Shown: positions 27,214 to 40,469, counted from the stretch's first letter. The stretch is DNA of 64,000 bases from Octopus vulgaris (GCA_951406725.2 OX597830.1:19716001-19780000), one strand, 5' to 3'. Numbers and translations: made by a program. Notes: generated by a model from the letters alone, not told the origin.

Positions 27214-27616
27214 AGGAGTAAGAGTTCAACACGGCGAAATAGCCTGAAGAAAGAGGTTGAATGAAAGGGAGATAATGACGGTGACACGCCCGAACGAATT
27301 TATTCTCGCGTGTGCGTGTATGTGAGAATGGTGTGTGTGTGAGTGTGTATGCATGAATAGGGTGGGGTGAGTATGTACGCGTGGGCGAGCTGAAAGATAT
27401 GTGAACCTGTGTGTGTGTGTAAGTGACCCAGTGCGTACATTGTGGAGTGATATGCATTACATGTACAGGTATGTATGCGTGTGTGCGTACGCACGCGTGT
27501 ACGTATGTGTGCGGTTATCATGTGTGTATGCAAACGCATTGGTCTGGGTGTTTGTGTATGTGTACAAGTAACCTAGAGTGTATGTTAACACACGCATTGT
27601 TCATTGTTTTCATTGA

Positions 27617-27850
27617 TTTAGCCTTCAAATGACGCCACCCCGCTGGCTAAGCGAGCAGGCCAACAGAAGAAAGAGTGAGAGAAAGTTGTGGTGAAAGAGT
27701 ACAGCAGGGATCGCCACCACCCTCTGCCGGAGACTCGTGGAACTTTAGGTGTTTTCGGTCAATAAACACTCACAATGCCCCGTCTGGGAATCGAAACCGC
27801 GATCCTACGACCGCGAGTCCGCCGCGATAACTACTGGGCCATTGCGCCTC
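27617..27850 (-). mobile_element. SINE with family D head and a third type of 3' end
   Basis: Reverse of GAGGCGCAATGGCCCAGT...CACAACTTTCTCTCACTCTTTCTTC then a different tail (TGTTGGCCTGCTCGCTTAGCCAGCGGGG). Confidence 0.85.
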
Positions 27851-27854
27851 TACA

Positions 27855-27896
<42 letters not shown>

Positions 27897-28034
27897 GTGC
27901 GTATACACATACTCACACTAACACACACACGCACACACGCACACACGCACACACGCACACACATATATATCCACAGACACAGGTATTTGAGGACATATTT
28001 GGTAATGTCCTCGATAAGCTTTCTTATGAGAATA

Positions 28035-29495
28035 TTCTATAAATATGCTTTCGGCTTTGAAGACTACATCGATACAGGCCCGTCACCACTGACATGCATG
28101 CACGACATCTTCGTTATTCGTTTCGGACATCACGGACAACAGCGATCTTCAGTTAAGCTATGATATTGTGAGGATGTGGATTAGTCTCCCACTTGACCAA
28201 TGCTCTAAACGTAGTGGTGCATTGGATTTAAATGTGGCGACTTTGGAGGCCACAAGTTTGGTGCTAGGTCATTGTAAACATTATTTGACACCCATTCTTG
28301 CGTTACGTGGGTTCTGTGAGAAATTGCGGAATCATGTTGAAATACGTATGGCCTTCCTCTGCATGGATAGCCATACGTATTTCATCTACTTAGGGCTGAA
28401 CAACTGTCTCCAACACCTCAACGTATCCAGAAACGTTAATTTAAATAAGGCGGCGAGCTGCCAGAAACGTTAGCACGCCGGGCGAAATGCGTAGCCGTAT
28501 TTCATCTGCCGTTACGTTCTGAGTTCAAATTCCGCCGAGGTCGACTTTGCCTTTCATGGTCGATTAAATAAGTACCAGTTACGCACTGGGATCGATATAA
28601 TCGACTTAATCCGTTTGTCTGTCCTTGTTTGCCCCTCCTGTGTTTAGCCCCTTGTGGGTAGTAAATAAATAGGTATTTCGTCTGCCGTTACGTTCTGAGT
28701 TCAAATTCCGCCGAGGTCGATTTTGCCTTTCATCCTTTCGGGGTCGATTAAATTAAGTACCAGCTAGGCACTGGGGTCGATGTAATCGGCTTAATCCGTT
28801 TGTCTGTCCTTGTTTGTCCCCTCTATGTTTAGCGCCTAAAGAAATAAACGTTAATTTAAAAACTATGTGGAAAAAGATGCGAAGGGGCAAAACATGAATT
28901 TCATTACTCACCACTTCTAAACCATCACAGTAACGGGAAACTGAATCTCCATCACTCTTAAGACATCAGAATGAGCTGCACAAAACCATCAGTCAATTCT
29001 TCTGTTTCACTTTTGGTCTTAGTCGGAGTTTTTTCTCATCAGAGTAGAATCAAAGCATGCTATAGTCGTGAGGGTCTTTAACCTTGTTTAAGGAGCCGCT
29101 TAGCACATATCAAGCGGTTTTAAGTGTTTGCAGGCATGCACTAGCTTCTCCTCAGTACATACAACTAGTATCGAATGTTCTCGTACACCACAGTTCTGAT
29201 AGCCCACTTCAACGCTTGAGGCTCTTTGGCAATGGCGTTCATTCATTTACCGTAATCATCATCGCTATTAATTTGAAGCGGTTGGATAAATTGCGATGTC
29301 CTTGTAGTGTCACGAACGTTTAGATTGTATTTCTTTTTTATTCTCTGATTCATTTGAAACATTCCCACCTGATTTTTCCAATTCCATCAGAACTTTGTGT
29401 ATAATACACCTAGCAACGTTTAGAAAGTTGGTAATTTCTGAATCGTTGTCTTCTGTACATAATTGCAACAATGGCTGCATGTTTTTTTTCCATTT
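28035..29495 (-). pseudogene. Near full-length decayed Tc1/mariner-superfamily (maT/DD37D-like) transposase, interrupted by a SINE B dimer
   Basis: Minus-strand MEKKHAAIVAI..DSEITNFLNVAR, FYSDEK, YVEVLETVVQP, YVFQHDSAISH, WPPKSPHLNPMH, with many stops/frameshifts. Confidence 0.85.
28449..28845 (+). mobile_element. SINE family B dimer within one TSD
   Basis: Junction AAATAGGTATTTC at ~28667-28679; TSD AAACGTTAATTTAAA at 28431-28445 and 28846-28860. Confidence 0.92.
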
Positions 29496-29619
29496 CTTAT
29501 ATTAGCGTTTTATCTGCCATAGGGGATATGGAAGAAATAAAACCTTTTAATTAGTTTGAAGAAAGCAATATACTGATAACCGTTCTTAAAGTATCTCTCT
29601 CACTTCTCTTTCTCGTCCC

Positions 29620-29699
<80 letters not shown>

Positions 29700-29707
29700 A
29701 TATATAT

Positions 29708-30012
29708 ATACAAATAAATGAAAGAATGGAGTTGAACGACAATTTAACAAAATTCCTTTATTCTCCACATATGTTTCGAAGGCTGCATATTCCTAATTTC
29801 GAAATATATGTCGAGAATAAAGGAATTTTGTTAAATCGTCGTTCAACTCCATTCTTTCAGTTATTTGTATTAAAAAAACACACAAATTTCCACACGAAAG
29901 CACGTGATTTTTGCCCTTGGCATGTAGCTTCAACCGTGTTTTTCTGACGTGAATTTGCTACCCAGGTATCGAATTAACCGAATTATCCATACTAAGATAA
30001 TTCATTCAACTA

Positions 30013-30013
<1 letters not shown>
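29708..30013. mobile_element. TA-embedded PLE-pLTR-like remnant with a ~73-bp inverted repeat
   Basis: Arms 29708-29780 and 29798-29870; (TA)n on both sides. Confidence 0.65.
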
Positions 30014-30068
<55 letters not shown>

Positions 30069-30072
30069 TATA

Positions 30073-30115
<43 letters not shown>

Positions 30116-30157
30116 ATATATATATATGTATATATATATGTATGTATATATATATAC

Positions 30158-30266
<109 letters not shown>

Positions 30267-30564
30267 TGTACATATGAATACACACACACATTTTCCTTTA
30301 TCGTTTCATCTGATTATATAAAAATTTTGCTTGCATTTCTTTTTTTTCTGATCTTTTTTCTTTTTTCGTATTTCACGTGGGTTGTAGTTCGTTGTATTTC
30401 GGAAACCATTATCCAGTATTCCTAATGCAATACGTAATGGTCCTAATTAAACATTAACGATCTTATTTCAGAAGGTTACAGAAATCTGTTACTACGTGAA
30501 AATTTATTGGTCCCGGTGTCATATTAAAGCTTTTAGCTTGCATTTTCATCTCGTTTATCATAGA

Positions 30565-31113
30565 CTAGCAGTATCGCCCGGCGTTGCTCGGGTTTGTTTC
30601 AGCCTTTTAGAATTGGAATTTTTGAAAAGTAAAAATTTTGCAATGTATCGCAAAATATTGAGTTTTTTCAAATTTTTGCTTAATTGGGGATCAAATTGAA
30701 AGAAATTTATATGCCATGACCGAATGGAATGTACTTGGAAAAATCATAGGTAAATTCCAATTGAAGAAATTGTGTGAGGATTAAATCGTTATATATTTAT
30801 TTGTTTCTGTTTGCTCTGTATTTTTTTTGAGTAGTGGTTTAAGGTACACTTGCAAAGAGAAAGTAGGAGAAATTATGGTAATAGCAGGAGTGAAGCAGTT
30901 GAAATTAGAGAGGCAAATCGTAAAATATTTGCTTTTCTCGAATTTTTGCTTAATTGGGGGTCAAATTGAAAAAAACTTTATATGCCATGACCCAATCGAA
31001 TCTACTACGAAAAATCATTGGTAAATTCTAATTGAAGAAATTCTATATTGTAGAATTGTATTAAAAAGGAACATGGAAACAGACAGAGAAAATCTGCCTT
31101 TTATCATAAGAGA
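30565..31113 (-). mobile_element. Non-autonomous Helitron with internal ~125-bp direct duplication
   Basis: A|CTAGCAGTATCGCCCGGCGTTGCTCGGG end shared with the 7267 element; TC start (rev TCTCTTATGATAAAAGG); repeat 30647-30770 vs 30917-31042. Confidence 0.75.
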
Positions 31114-31205
31114 TAAGAGATATCTGGAAAAAAAATGTTGTATCTTTCATGGTGCCAACAGCGGTCAAGCATTTTGAACGAGCTCTCTCTCTCTCACTCT
31201 CTCTC

Positions 31206-31253
<48 letters not shown>

Positions 31254-31369
31254 CACACACACACACACACACACTTATTTTGCAGACGAAGAAGTAAATT
31301 CCCGAGTACTGTAGAGCTGTAAGGACAGCAGAGAAAGATTGAGTATTTACTCACGTCTTTTAATCTTTC

Positions 31370-31605
31370 ATTTTTTACTTGTTTCAGTCATTAGACTGCG
31401 GCTATGCTGGGGCACCGCCTTGAAGAATTCATAGTCGAACGTATCGACCCCAATACTGTTTTTTAAAGCCTGGTACTTATTCAATCAATCCCTTTCGTCG
31501 AACCGCTAAGTTATGGGGACATAAACACACCAAAACCTGTTGTCAAGCGGTGAATTTGGAGGGCAAAAAAGACACACACACACACACACATACATACATA
31601 ATACA

Positions 31606-31656
<51 letters not shown>

Positions 31657-31800
31657 GATAGTAGGGAATATAATTCCAAAACTTACAGGAAAAAATTCAA
31701 GTTAGCAATTTAAAATCAAATTTCACAATATATAATATATGTATATAATTTAGAGAAAAAACCTATATTAAACAATTGTTTAATAGAGGTTTTTCTCTAA

Positions 31801-31857
<57 letters not shown>

Positions 31858-32017
31858 GACGACCTTCTTTCAGTTTCCGTCAACCCCAAATCCACTCACA
31901 AGATTTTGGTCGGCCGAAGCTATAGTAAGAAGACACTTGGCCAAGGTGCCACGCAGTAGGACTGAACCCGGAATCATGTGATTGGGATTGAAACTTCTTA
32001 TGACAGCCGCGCCTGTA
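31370..32017 (-). mobile_element. SINE family A split by a ~150-bp insertion (31657-31805)
   Basis: 3' half 31370-31575, 5' half 31858-32017. Confidence 0.8.
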
Positions 32018-32336
32018 CCAATACACACACATACACTCAAATTTTCCTTCTCCGTTTCATCTAATTATATAAAAATCTAGCTTGCACTTATGTATTTCAG
32101 GTTGTTGATCATTGTAATTCGGAAACCCTTATGCAATAATCCTAATTGAATACATAATGGTCCTACTTAAACTTTAACACTCTTATTTCAGAAAGGTTAC
32201 AGAAATCTGTTAATATGTGAACACTTATTTATCCTGATTTTTATTTCAATCACCGTAGAAGTCTGTGAGGAAAAAATGTTGAATCCCTTATAATGCCAAC
32301 GGTGGTGTAGGATTTCGAACAAGAATTTTCATTATA

Positions 32337-32400
<64 letters not shown>

Positions 32401-32414
32401 TATATATATATATT

Positions 32415-32678
32415 CTTTTATTCTTTTATTTGTTTCAGTCATTTGGCTGTGGTCATGCTGGAGCACCACCTTTAGTCGAGCAAATCGACCCCGGACTTAT
32501 TCTTTGTAAGGCTAGTACTTATTCTATCGATCTCTTTTGCCGAACAGCTAAGTTACGGGGATGTAAACATACCAACATCGGTTGTCAAGCGATGGTGGAG
32601 GGTACAAACACAGACAGACAGACACACACACACACATGACGGACTTCTTTCAGTTTCTGTCTAACAAATCAACTCACA
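32415..32678 (-). mobile_element. SINE family A, truncated
   Basis: Sequence match. Confidence 0.85.
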
Positions 32679-32775
32679 TACATGTATGTATGTATGTATG
32701 TATGTATATATATATATATATAAAGGCGCGAAGTGACAGAATCGTTATAGATACGGGAAATTTATATGCTTACTT

Positions 32776-32836
<61 letters not shown>

Positions 32837-33127
32837 CGCGCGCGCTATGTGACATTAATAAATCGCTTGATGGGAATGAAAATGATTTAATGCTTGAAGA
32901 CGATTTTGGTGACCCAAATCCTATCGCAGAAAAGTTTTGCTGTTTGCTGCGTACAGTAGTTTAGACTGTCGGCTGAAACGCATTCAATTATTTCCCTGTT
33001 GCTTCCTGTGTACTAATATCAATGAAATTTTGCTTTGTCTGCATATACTGTATATTATAACTGCCATTAGGAATTCATTCACGTTTATTGTACTGTGCTG
33101 ATAGTCTTGTATATATTTTTTTCTTCA

Positions 33128-33513
33128 CAGCAGGAGTGGCTGTGTGGTAAGTAGCTTGCTAACAAACCACATGGTTCCGGGTTCAGTCCCACTGCGTGGC
33201 ATCTTGGGCAAGTGTCTTCTGCTATAGCCCCGGGCCGACCAATGCCTTGTGAGTGGATTTGGTAGACGGAAACTGAAAGAAGCCTGTCGTATATGTGTAT
33301 ATATGTATGTGTTTGTGTGTCTGTGTTTGTCCCCCCCCTCTAGCATTGCTTGACAACCGATGCTGGTGTGTTTACGTCCCCGTCACTTAGCGGTTCGGCA
33401 AAAGAGACCGATAGAATAAGTACTGGGCTTACAAAGAATAAGTCCCGAGGTCGATTTGCTCGACTAAAGGAGGTGCACCAGCATGGCCGCAGTCAAATGA
33501 CTGAAACAAGTAA
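33128..33513 (+). mobile_element. SINE family A, full length
   Basis: Sequence match; closest to the 66-523 copy. Confidence 0.9.
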
Positions 33514-33655
33514 AAAAAAAATATTTACATTTGTTTGCCTGAACCAGATTCATTAATACCAATGTATTTCTTTTTTGCTACGACAAACTTAATTTAGAAA
33601 TATTAAATTTCTAAATATCTCAGAGAGATATGAGCGGTGGTGGAGCGATAGAGCG

Positions 33656-33976
33656 GTTGTATACTGTCAACATAACGTGACAGTCCCGTAAAGGGAATTA
33701 CACCACCGCTATTTAACCCTTGGAAGCATCGACGCTTCCAGTCGGACTTGACACATATCCTGTGTCCTTATATATTTACGAAGAGTCAACACCCAGGAAC
33801 ATGCATGTCCCTAGATTCAGGCCTAGCTGTTGGGGGTGCTTGTCTCCCCTTCGTAAATATATAAGGACAAAGGAAATGCGTCAAGGCCGACTGGAAGCGT
33901 CGATGCTTCCTAGGGCTAAATAGCGGTGAAGTAATTCCCTTTACGGGACTGTCACGTTATGTTGACAGTATACAAC
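33656..33976. mobile_element. Fold-back MITE with ~125-bp terminal inverted repeats
   Basis: GTTGTATACTGTCAACATAACGTGACAGTCCCGTAAAGGGAATTAC is mirrored at 33930-33976. Confidence 0.85.
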
Positions 33977-34048
33977 AAATTTAATTTAGTTTCCTTTAAA
34001 GGCTATACTTTGAAAGGTTTACTTTATTTCAATATACTATCAAGATAA

Positions 34049-34560
34049 GGTGGCGAGCTAGCATGGTCGTTAGCGCGGTGGGCGAAATGCTTAGAGGTAT
34101 TTCGCCTGCCGCTACGTTCTGAGTTCATATTCCGCCGAGGTCGACTTTGCCTTTCATCCTTTCGGGGTCGATTAAATAAGTACCAGTTACGCACTGGGGT
34201 CGATATAATCGACTTAATCCGTTTGTCTGTCTTTGTTTGTCCTCTCTGTGTTTAGCCCCTTGTGGGCAGTAAAGAAATAGTTATTTCGTCCGTCAGCACA
34301 TTCTGAGCTCAAATTCTGCCGAGGTCAAATTTGCCTTTCATCCTTTCGGGGTCGTTAAAATAGATACTAGTTGAATACTGGGGTCGTTGTAATGGGGGTG
34401 GGCGATAGTCGATTACATTGACACAAATGCTCAGCTCGTATTTATTTTATTGACCCCTCTAAAATGAAAGACAAAGTCGACCTTGATGGAATTTGAACTC
34501 TGAACGTCAAGATGGACAAAAAGCATTTTGCTCGGCGTGCTAACGATTCTGCCAGCTTGC
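34049..34560. mobile_element. SINE B dimer (+, 34049-34395) abutting an inverted diverged SINE B (-, 34400-34560)
   Basis: Junction GAAATAGTTATTTC at ~34275-34288. Confidence 0.85.
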
Positions 34561-35283
34561 ATCTACTCTTTATAATAGTAACTCCTGAAAGTATCCATGA
34601 GCGTCTTCTGTTACAAATTACTCGTAGAATCCCACTCACGGCCTCTGATTATCTGCATTCCAGCAATGTGTAGTCTGATTGTATGCTTTCCATTATGTTT
34701 ATTGTCAATGTTCCACAAAAACAGGGCCTACAATCAGACACCACAACTACCTTCTTTCTGAAATCTGTAAACGTATTCCCCCGTCTCCATCAGTTTATCC
34801 TCTTTCAAAGAAACGTGGACTTAGTCGTTAGTTACCGAGTCCAAGTTGTTTCTGTACATCGTTGTTGTGGCTAAAACCAAGTTGAATCATGTTCTAATTT
34901 AGGATTGCGAATGAAATAGCACAACCACAACACCAAGTCTGGGGATATTTTGATAGATTACGTTAGTTGCTCTAATAATATTCACTCATGGTTTTACTTC
35001 GAAATCCATTCTCATACTGAGTCCATTTTATGAGATACACAGCCTACATCCTTTATTTCCTAATCTATCGATATAACAATATATTATCTCCACGTTACCG
35101 ATTTTTCAAAATGTTTTATGCATGTGCCGTTGCATTCAGCGATAAAAACAAAAGCCATGACAATATTTGAAAAGCCGAGATATGAATAATCTAGATGGTT
35201 AGTAAAATTGTAAGCTTGAAGCTCAGAAAGCAACGCTAACGCTTTCTCTGCAACATAGGACATAAATGCGTGTTGCTATTGTA

Positions 35284-35897
35284 TTGGCTTGTCAGATAAA
35301 TTCATTTGCTTCTCCTCTGTGTTTTCTGAATTCATATGAAAAATACTTCTATTGTAGTGTTTTATGATTTTCTTTAGTAGATGTTTTCTTCTTCTACAAC
35401 TTTTGTCGATCGTTTTTTGAAATTTGAATAAATTTGAATAAATAAATGGTCAGATATATATGACGGTTGAATGCCAAGTAAAAAGAAACGAGCATTTTCA
35501 ACACCTGCTTCTCTTCACTTTCAACCAAAGTTCCAAACCTGGTAAAACCACTCAAGACATTTGTGTTATGTACGGAGAAGACTCTATGGCTGAAAAAACA
35601 AAGAGCTGCACAGAAAGGATTTTCATGCACCAAGGAGGAGAAATTCGACTTCACAGATTCTTGAATTCTGGCCGACTGATTCAATCCAGTGAGGATTGAT
35701 TGAGCGAGCTCATCCATAAGGTTCTTCCCCAATCCAATAAGGAATTGGCTCTGCAAATGGAATGTTTTCACGATATTGTCGCCCGTTGCCTTCCCTCGGT
35801 GAGTAAACTCCGAAAAACTTATTGCTTAAGCGCCGATGAAAAATAAGTATTAAAATGAATTGGGGGTAGAAACGAACGAATTTATCTGACAACCCAA
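35284..35897 (+). mobile_element. Internally deleted mariner transposon (transposase N-terminal HTH remnant)
   Basis: TIRs TTGGCTTGTCAGATAAATTC / GAATTTATCTGACAACCCAA, TA on the left; peptide ECQVKRNEHFQHLLLFTFN..ICVMYGED..SGR matches mariner N-terminus. Confidence 0.9.
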
Positions 35898-35967
35898 CGT
35901 TTGCACTTAATGACATGCATTTTGGAATAGGGTTCTCCATAATAGTTTTAATCACAGATATTGTTAA

Positions 35968-36590
35968 TTCTTTTCTACTCTTGGCACAAGTCCCGAAATT
36001 TTGGGGAAGGGTGCCAGTCGATTAGATCCATTTAGTACGCAACTGGTACTTAATTTATCGACCCCGAAAGGATGAAAGGTAAAGTCGACCTCGACGGAAT
36101 TTGAACACAGAACGCAAAGACAGACGAAATACCGCTGAGCATTTCACCCGGCGTGCTAACGTTTCTTATTTCTTTACTGCCCACAAGGGGCTAAACACAG
36201 GGGGGTGGGGGTGGAACAAGGACAAACAAACGGATTAAGTCGATTACCTCGATCCCAGTGCGTAACTGGTACTTATTTAACCGACCCTGAAAGGATGAAA
36301 GGCAAAGTCGCCCTCGGCGGAATTTGCACTCAGAACGTAGCGGCAGACGAAATACGTATTTCTTTACTGCCCACAAGGGGCTAAACACAGGGATGGAGAG
36401 AAACAAGGACAAACAAACGGATTAAGTCGATTACATGGACCCCAGTGCGTAATTAGTATTTAATTTGTCGACCCCGAAAGGATGAGAGGTAAAGTCGACC
36501 TCGGCGAAATTCGAACTCAGAACGCAACGGCAGACGAAATACGGCTACGCATTTCGCCCGGCGTGCTAACGATTCTGCCAGCTCGCCGCC
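35968..36590 (-). mobile_element. SINE family B trimer
   Basis: Junctions at ~36166 (atypical) and 36349-36362 (GAAATACGTATTTC). Confidence 0.9.
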
Positions 36591-36904
36591 TTTTTTTTTC
36601 TGTGCTATATTAAAGAACAATACTGTATGATACGAGCAATCCTCCTACATTAATATAGTAGATGTCTTCAAAGAATGTCTTTTAATTTGCTCAGTTTCTA
36701 ATTATATTAATAAGTAAAAATGAAGCTCTATATTTTCCTTGTCATACAACATCTTTCCGAGGTGGTATTTTATCTACTCAGGTTTCATGGTTTCAGAACT
36801 GAAAGCGTTTTTCAATTAGAATATATATAAAGACATGCTTATTTTCGTAACCGGATTTACCAATCCGAATTTCAAATAATATTGTGAATATGTACAGATA
36901 TGTC

Positions 36905-37720
<816 letters not shown>

Positions 37721-37854
37721 AAAATGTCTGCACCTCCAAATAATGACTACTTGCTAAAAGCTTCGTTCATTTTACTCAGCAAATGCTCTGTTCCAGTTCA
37801 CAGACACTGGCATCATTGCATAGAGATAGAAAAGACCGGCATGGGAAATTTTTT

Positions 37855-38581
37855 CCCACGAGAGTTCCGGACTCCTGTAATTAACTCATTTGCATACAGC
37901 CAATCAGAGCACAGCCACTTTTATCCTTTCTTCCTTTCTAGTCAGCACCGTGCATTCCTTACTCTTTCCCTCTCTACTAGTAGATAGTAACCTTTTTGTT
38001 ACTCTCGAAAAAAATACAGCCAATCAGAGCAGAACCACCTTTATCATTTCTTCCTTTCTAGTCAGCACCGTGCATTCCTTACTCTTTCCCTCTCTACTAG
38101 TAGATAGTAACCTTTTTGTTACTATCGAAAAAAATACAACCAATCAGAGAAGAGCCACCTTTATCCTTTCTTCCTTTCTAGTTAACACCGTGCATTCCTT
38201 GCTCTTTCCCTCTCTACTAGTAAACAGTAACCTTTTTGTTACTAGAGCAGAGCCACCTTTATCATGTCTTCCTTTCTAGTCAGCACCGTGCATTCCTTGC
38301 TCTTTCCCTCTCTACTTGTAGACAGTAACCTCTTTGTTACTATCGAAAAATAATTTCGCTATCACTACAAGTACTACCGTCTCTCTAACTGCCTGTCGGG
38401 CAAACGAATAAATATATGTAAATAATATTTCTTTCTTCTTGGTGTTGATCCTTCAATGTTCACTGGTTACTCCGACGTCGGCGCAATAACACACTTGCCC
38501 AAATTGACTAGAAAGGAAGAAAGGATAAACATGGCTCTGCTCTGATTGGCTGTATGCAAATGAGTCCGGAACTCTCGTGGG
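37855..38581. mobile_element. TIR element containing a 120-bp tandem array (~3.8 units)
   Basis: CCCACGAGAGTTCCGGACTC...GAGTCCGGAACTCTCGTGGG; units start 37894, 38014, 38134, ~38245. Confidence 0.8.
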
Positions 38582-38914
38582 TGGAAAAAAAATCGCGACC
38601 GGGATACTCAACCAAGCGTTGCTACAGTTCAGATTTTTCTTACATGCTAGAAAATGAAGGTAAGGCCAAGCTAAAGAATATCAAAATGTTATGTAAAAAG
38701 AATACAAGGCTAAGGAAGAATGATATAAATATTTATCAATTTCTGAAAAAAGAAAATGGAGCGTATCGGCGTAAACGTGTATCGGTATCGGCGTAAACGT
38801 ATGGAAACAATTATCACAAATGAACTTACACCGTCTACCTGTTATAAGTATTAAAAGATATTACAAACAAATCAGATATAATCAGAAATATTTATCAGTA
38901 TTTTATTATTTTCT

Positions 38915-39170
38915 GGAGGCGCGTGGCTTAGTGGTTAGGGTGTTGAACTCATCATAGTAAGGTTGTGGCTTCGATTCCTGGACCGGGCGACGCGTTGTGT
39001 TCTTGAGCAAAACACTTCTTTTCACGTTGCTCCAGTCCACTCAGCTGGCAAAAATGAGTAACGCTGCGATGGACTGGCGTCCCGTCCAGCAGAGGGAACA
39101 CATACGCCATGGAAACCGGGAAACCGGGCTCATGAGCCTGGCTAGGCTTTAAAAGGGTGCATTTATTTAT
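38915..39170 (+). mobile_element. SINE with family C head and a different 3' domain
   Basis: C head then CTGCGATGGACTGGCGTCCCGTCCAG; sister copy at 39770-40015. Confidence 0.85.
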
Positions 39171-39204
39171 TTTATTATTTTATGTATTATAATTTCCTGA
39201 GTAA

Positions 39205-39610
39205 TAGGTATGGCTGTGTGGTTAAGAAGCTAGATTTGTGACCACATGGTTTCAAGTTCAGTTCCTCCGCGCGGCATCTTGGGCAGGAGTCTTTTTTTCT
39301 GCTATAGTCGCGGACCAACCAATGTCTTGTGAGTGAATTTGGTAGACAGAAACTGTGTTGAAGCCCGTCATTGTGTGTGTGTGTGTATGCGCCCTTGTGT
39401 AGGTGTTTGTTCCCTTTCTCTCTCTTGATAACCGTGTTAGTTTGTTTTTGTGTTTCTGTAACATAACAGTTTGGCAAACGAGACCGATAGAGTGAGTGCC
39501 AGACTTGAAAGAAACATAAGCGCTGGGGACGATTTGTTCGACTAAACCCTTCAAGGAGGTGCCCCAGCTTGGCCGCAGTCCACTGAATGAAACACGGGCA
39601 AGATGAAAGA
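39205..39610 (+). mobile_element. SINE family A, diverged
   Basis: Sequence match. Confidence 0.8.
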
Positions 39611-39769
39611 AAATATACAGATATTGACGTTCGACCCAAAAATTTCATGCGAATCCTTTTGACCTTTATTTATCGACCTCAAACATATTCCAACCGACAA
39701 TTTTGATAACGAAAAGAAGCAGCCTCCTCCTGGGGTTAATATAATTCATTGTTTCCCTTCCGCCTTCGT

Positions 39770-40015
39770 GGAGGCGCCTGGCTTAGTGGGTTGGGTACTG
39801 GACTCATGATCGCAATATTGTGGTTTCGATTCCAGGACCGGGCGACGCGTTGTGTTCTTAAGTAAAACACTTCTTTTCACGTTGCTCCTGTCCACTCAGC
39901 TGGCAAAAATGAGTAATCTTGCGATGGGCCGGTGTTACGTCCAGCTGAAGAATACATTCGCCACGGAAACTGGGAAATCGTCCCCATGAGTCTATACGAT
40001 TCGGGAAGAATCTTT
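39770..40015 (+). mobile_element. SINE, sister of 38915-39170
   Basis: Sequence match. Confidence 0.85.
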
Positions 40016-40469
40016 ATTCTTCTCCTTCCGCTTTCTCAACAACTTGTCTATGTTAGAAATCATTTCCCAAATTTTTAAGCTCATCGATTTGACAGAACTG
40101 GTGGAGCACGGATAAAATGTTTTGCACTATTTGATTACGAGTTTCTCGATTTCTGCTTTAAAACGTTGCCTAATTAGCATCAATATTTGTTATCCTCACA
40201 GGGTCGATTAAATTGAGCGGCGGCCAAATAATGGCAAAGATATAATCAACTAACAATTCTCCACAAATTTTCGGCTTTATCTCTATACCAGAAATTAAAT
40301 CATAGTTTCATCTCCTTCGACTATTTCTCTTAAATCTAACACGTACAGTCTAGGGTTAGCGTGATCAATAAAAGGGGGTTGGTAATTAAAAGGCCCTTTT
40401 CTTAAACGTAAGACTTCAAGACAACTTCTGATATTATCATATCAACTCTGGCGATAATGAACAATATCT

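Noticed and set aside
37894-38350. Regular repeats, possible CRISPR array or repeat protein (ORF 37890-38279)
   Set aside because: Contiguous tandem units without unique spacers, eukaryotic context, no cas genes, and located inside a TIR element.
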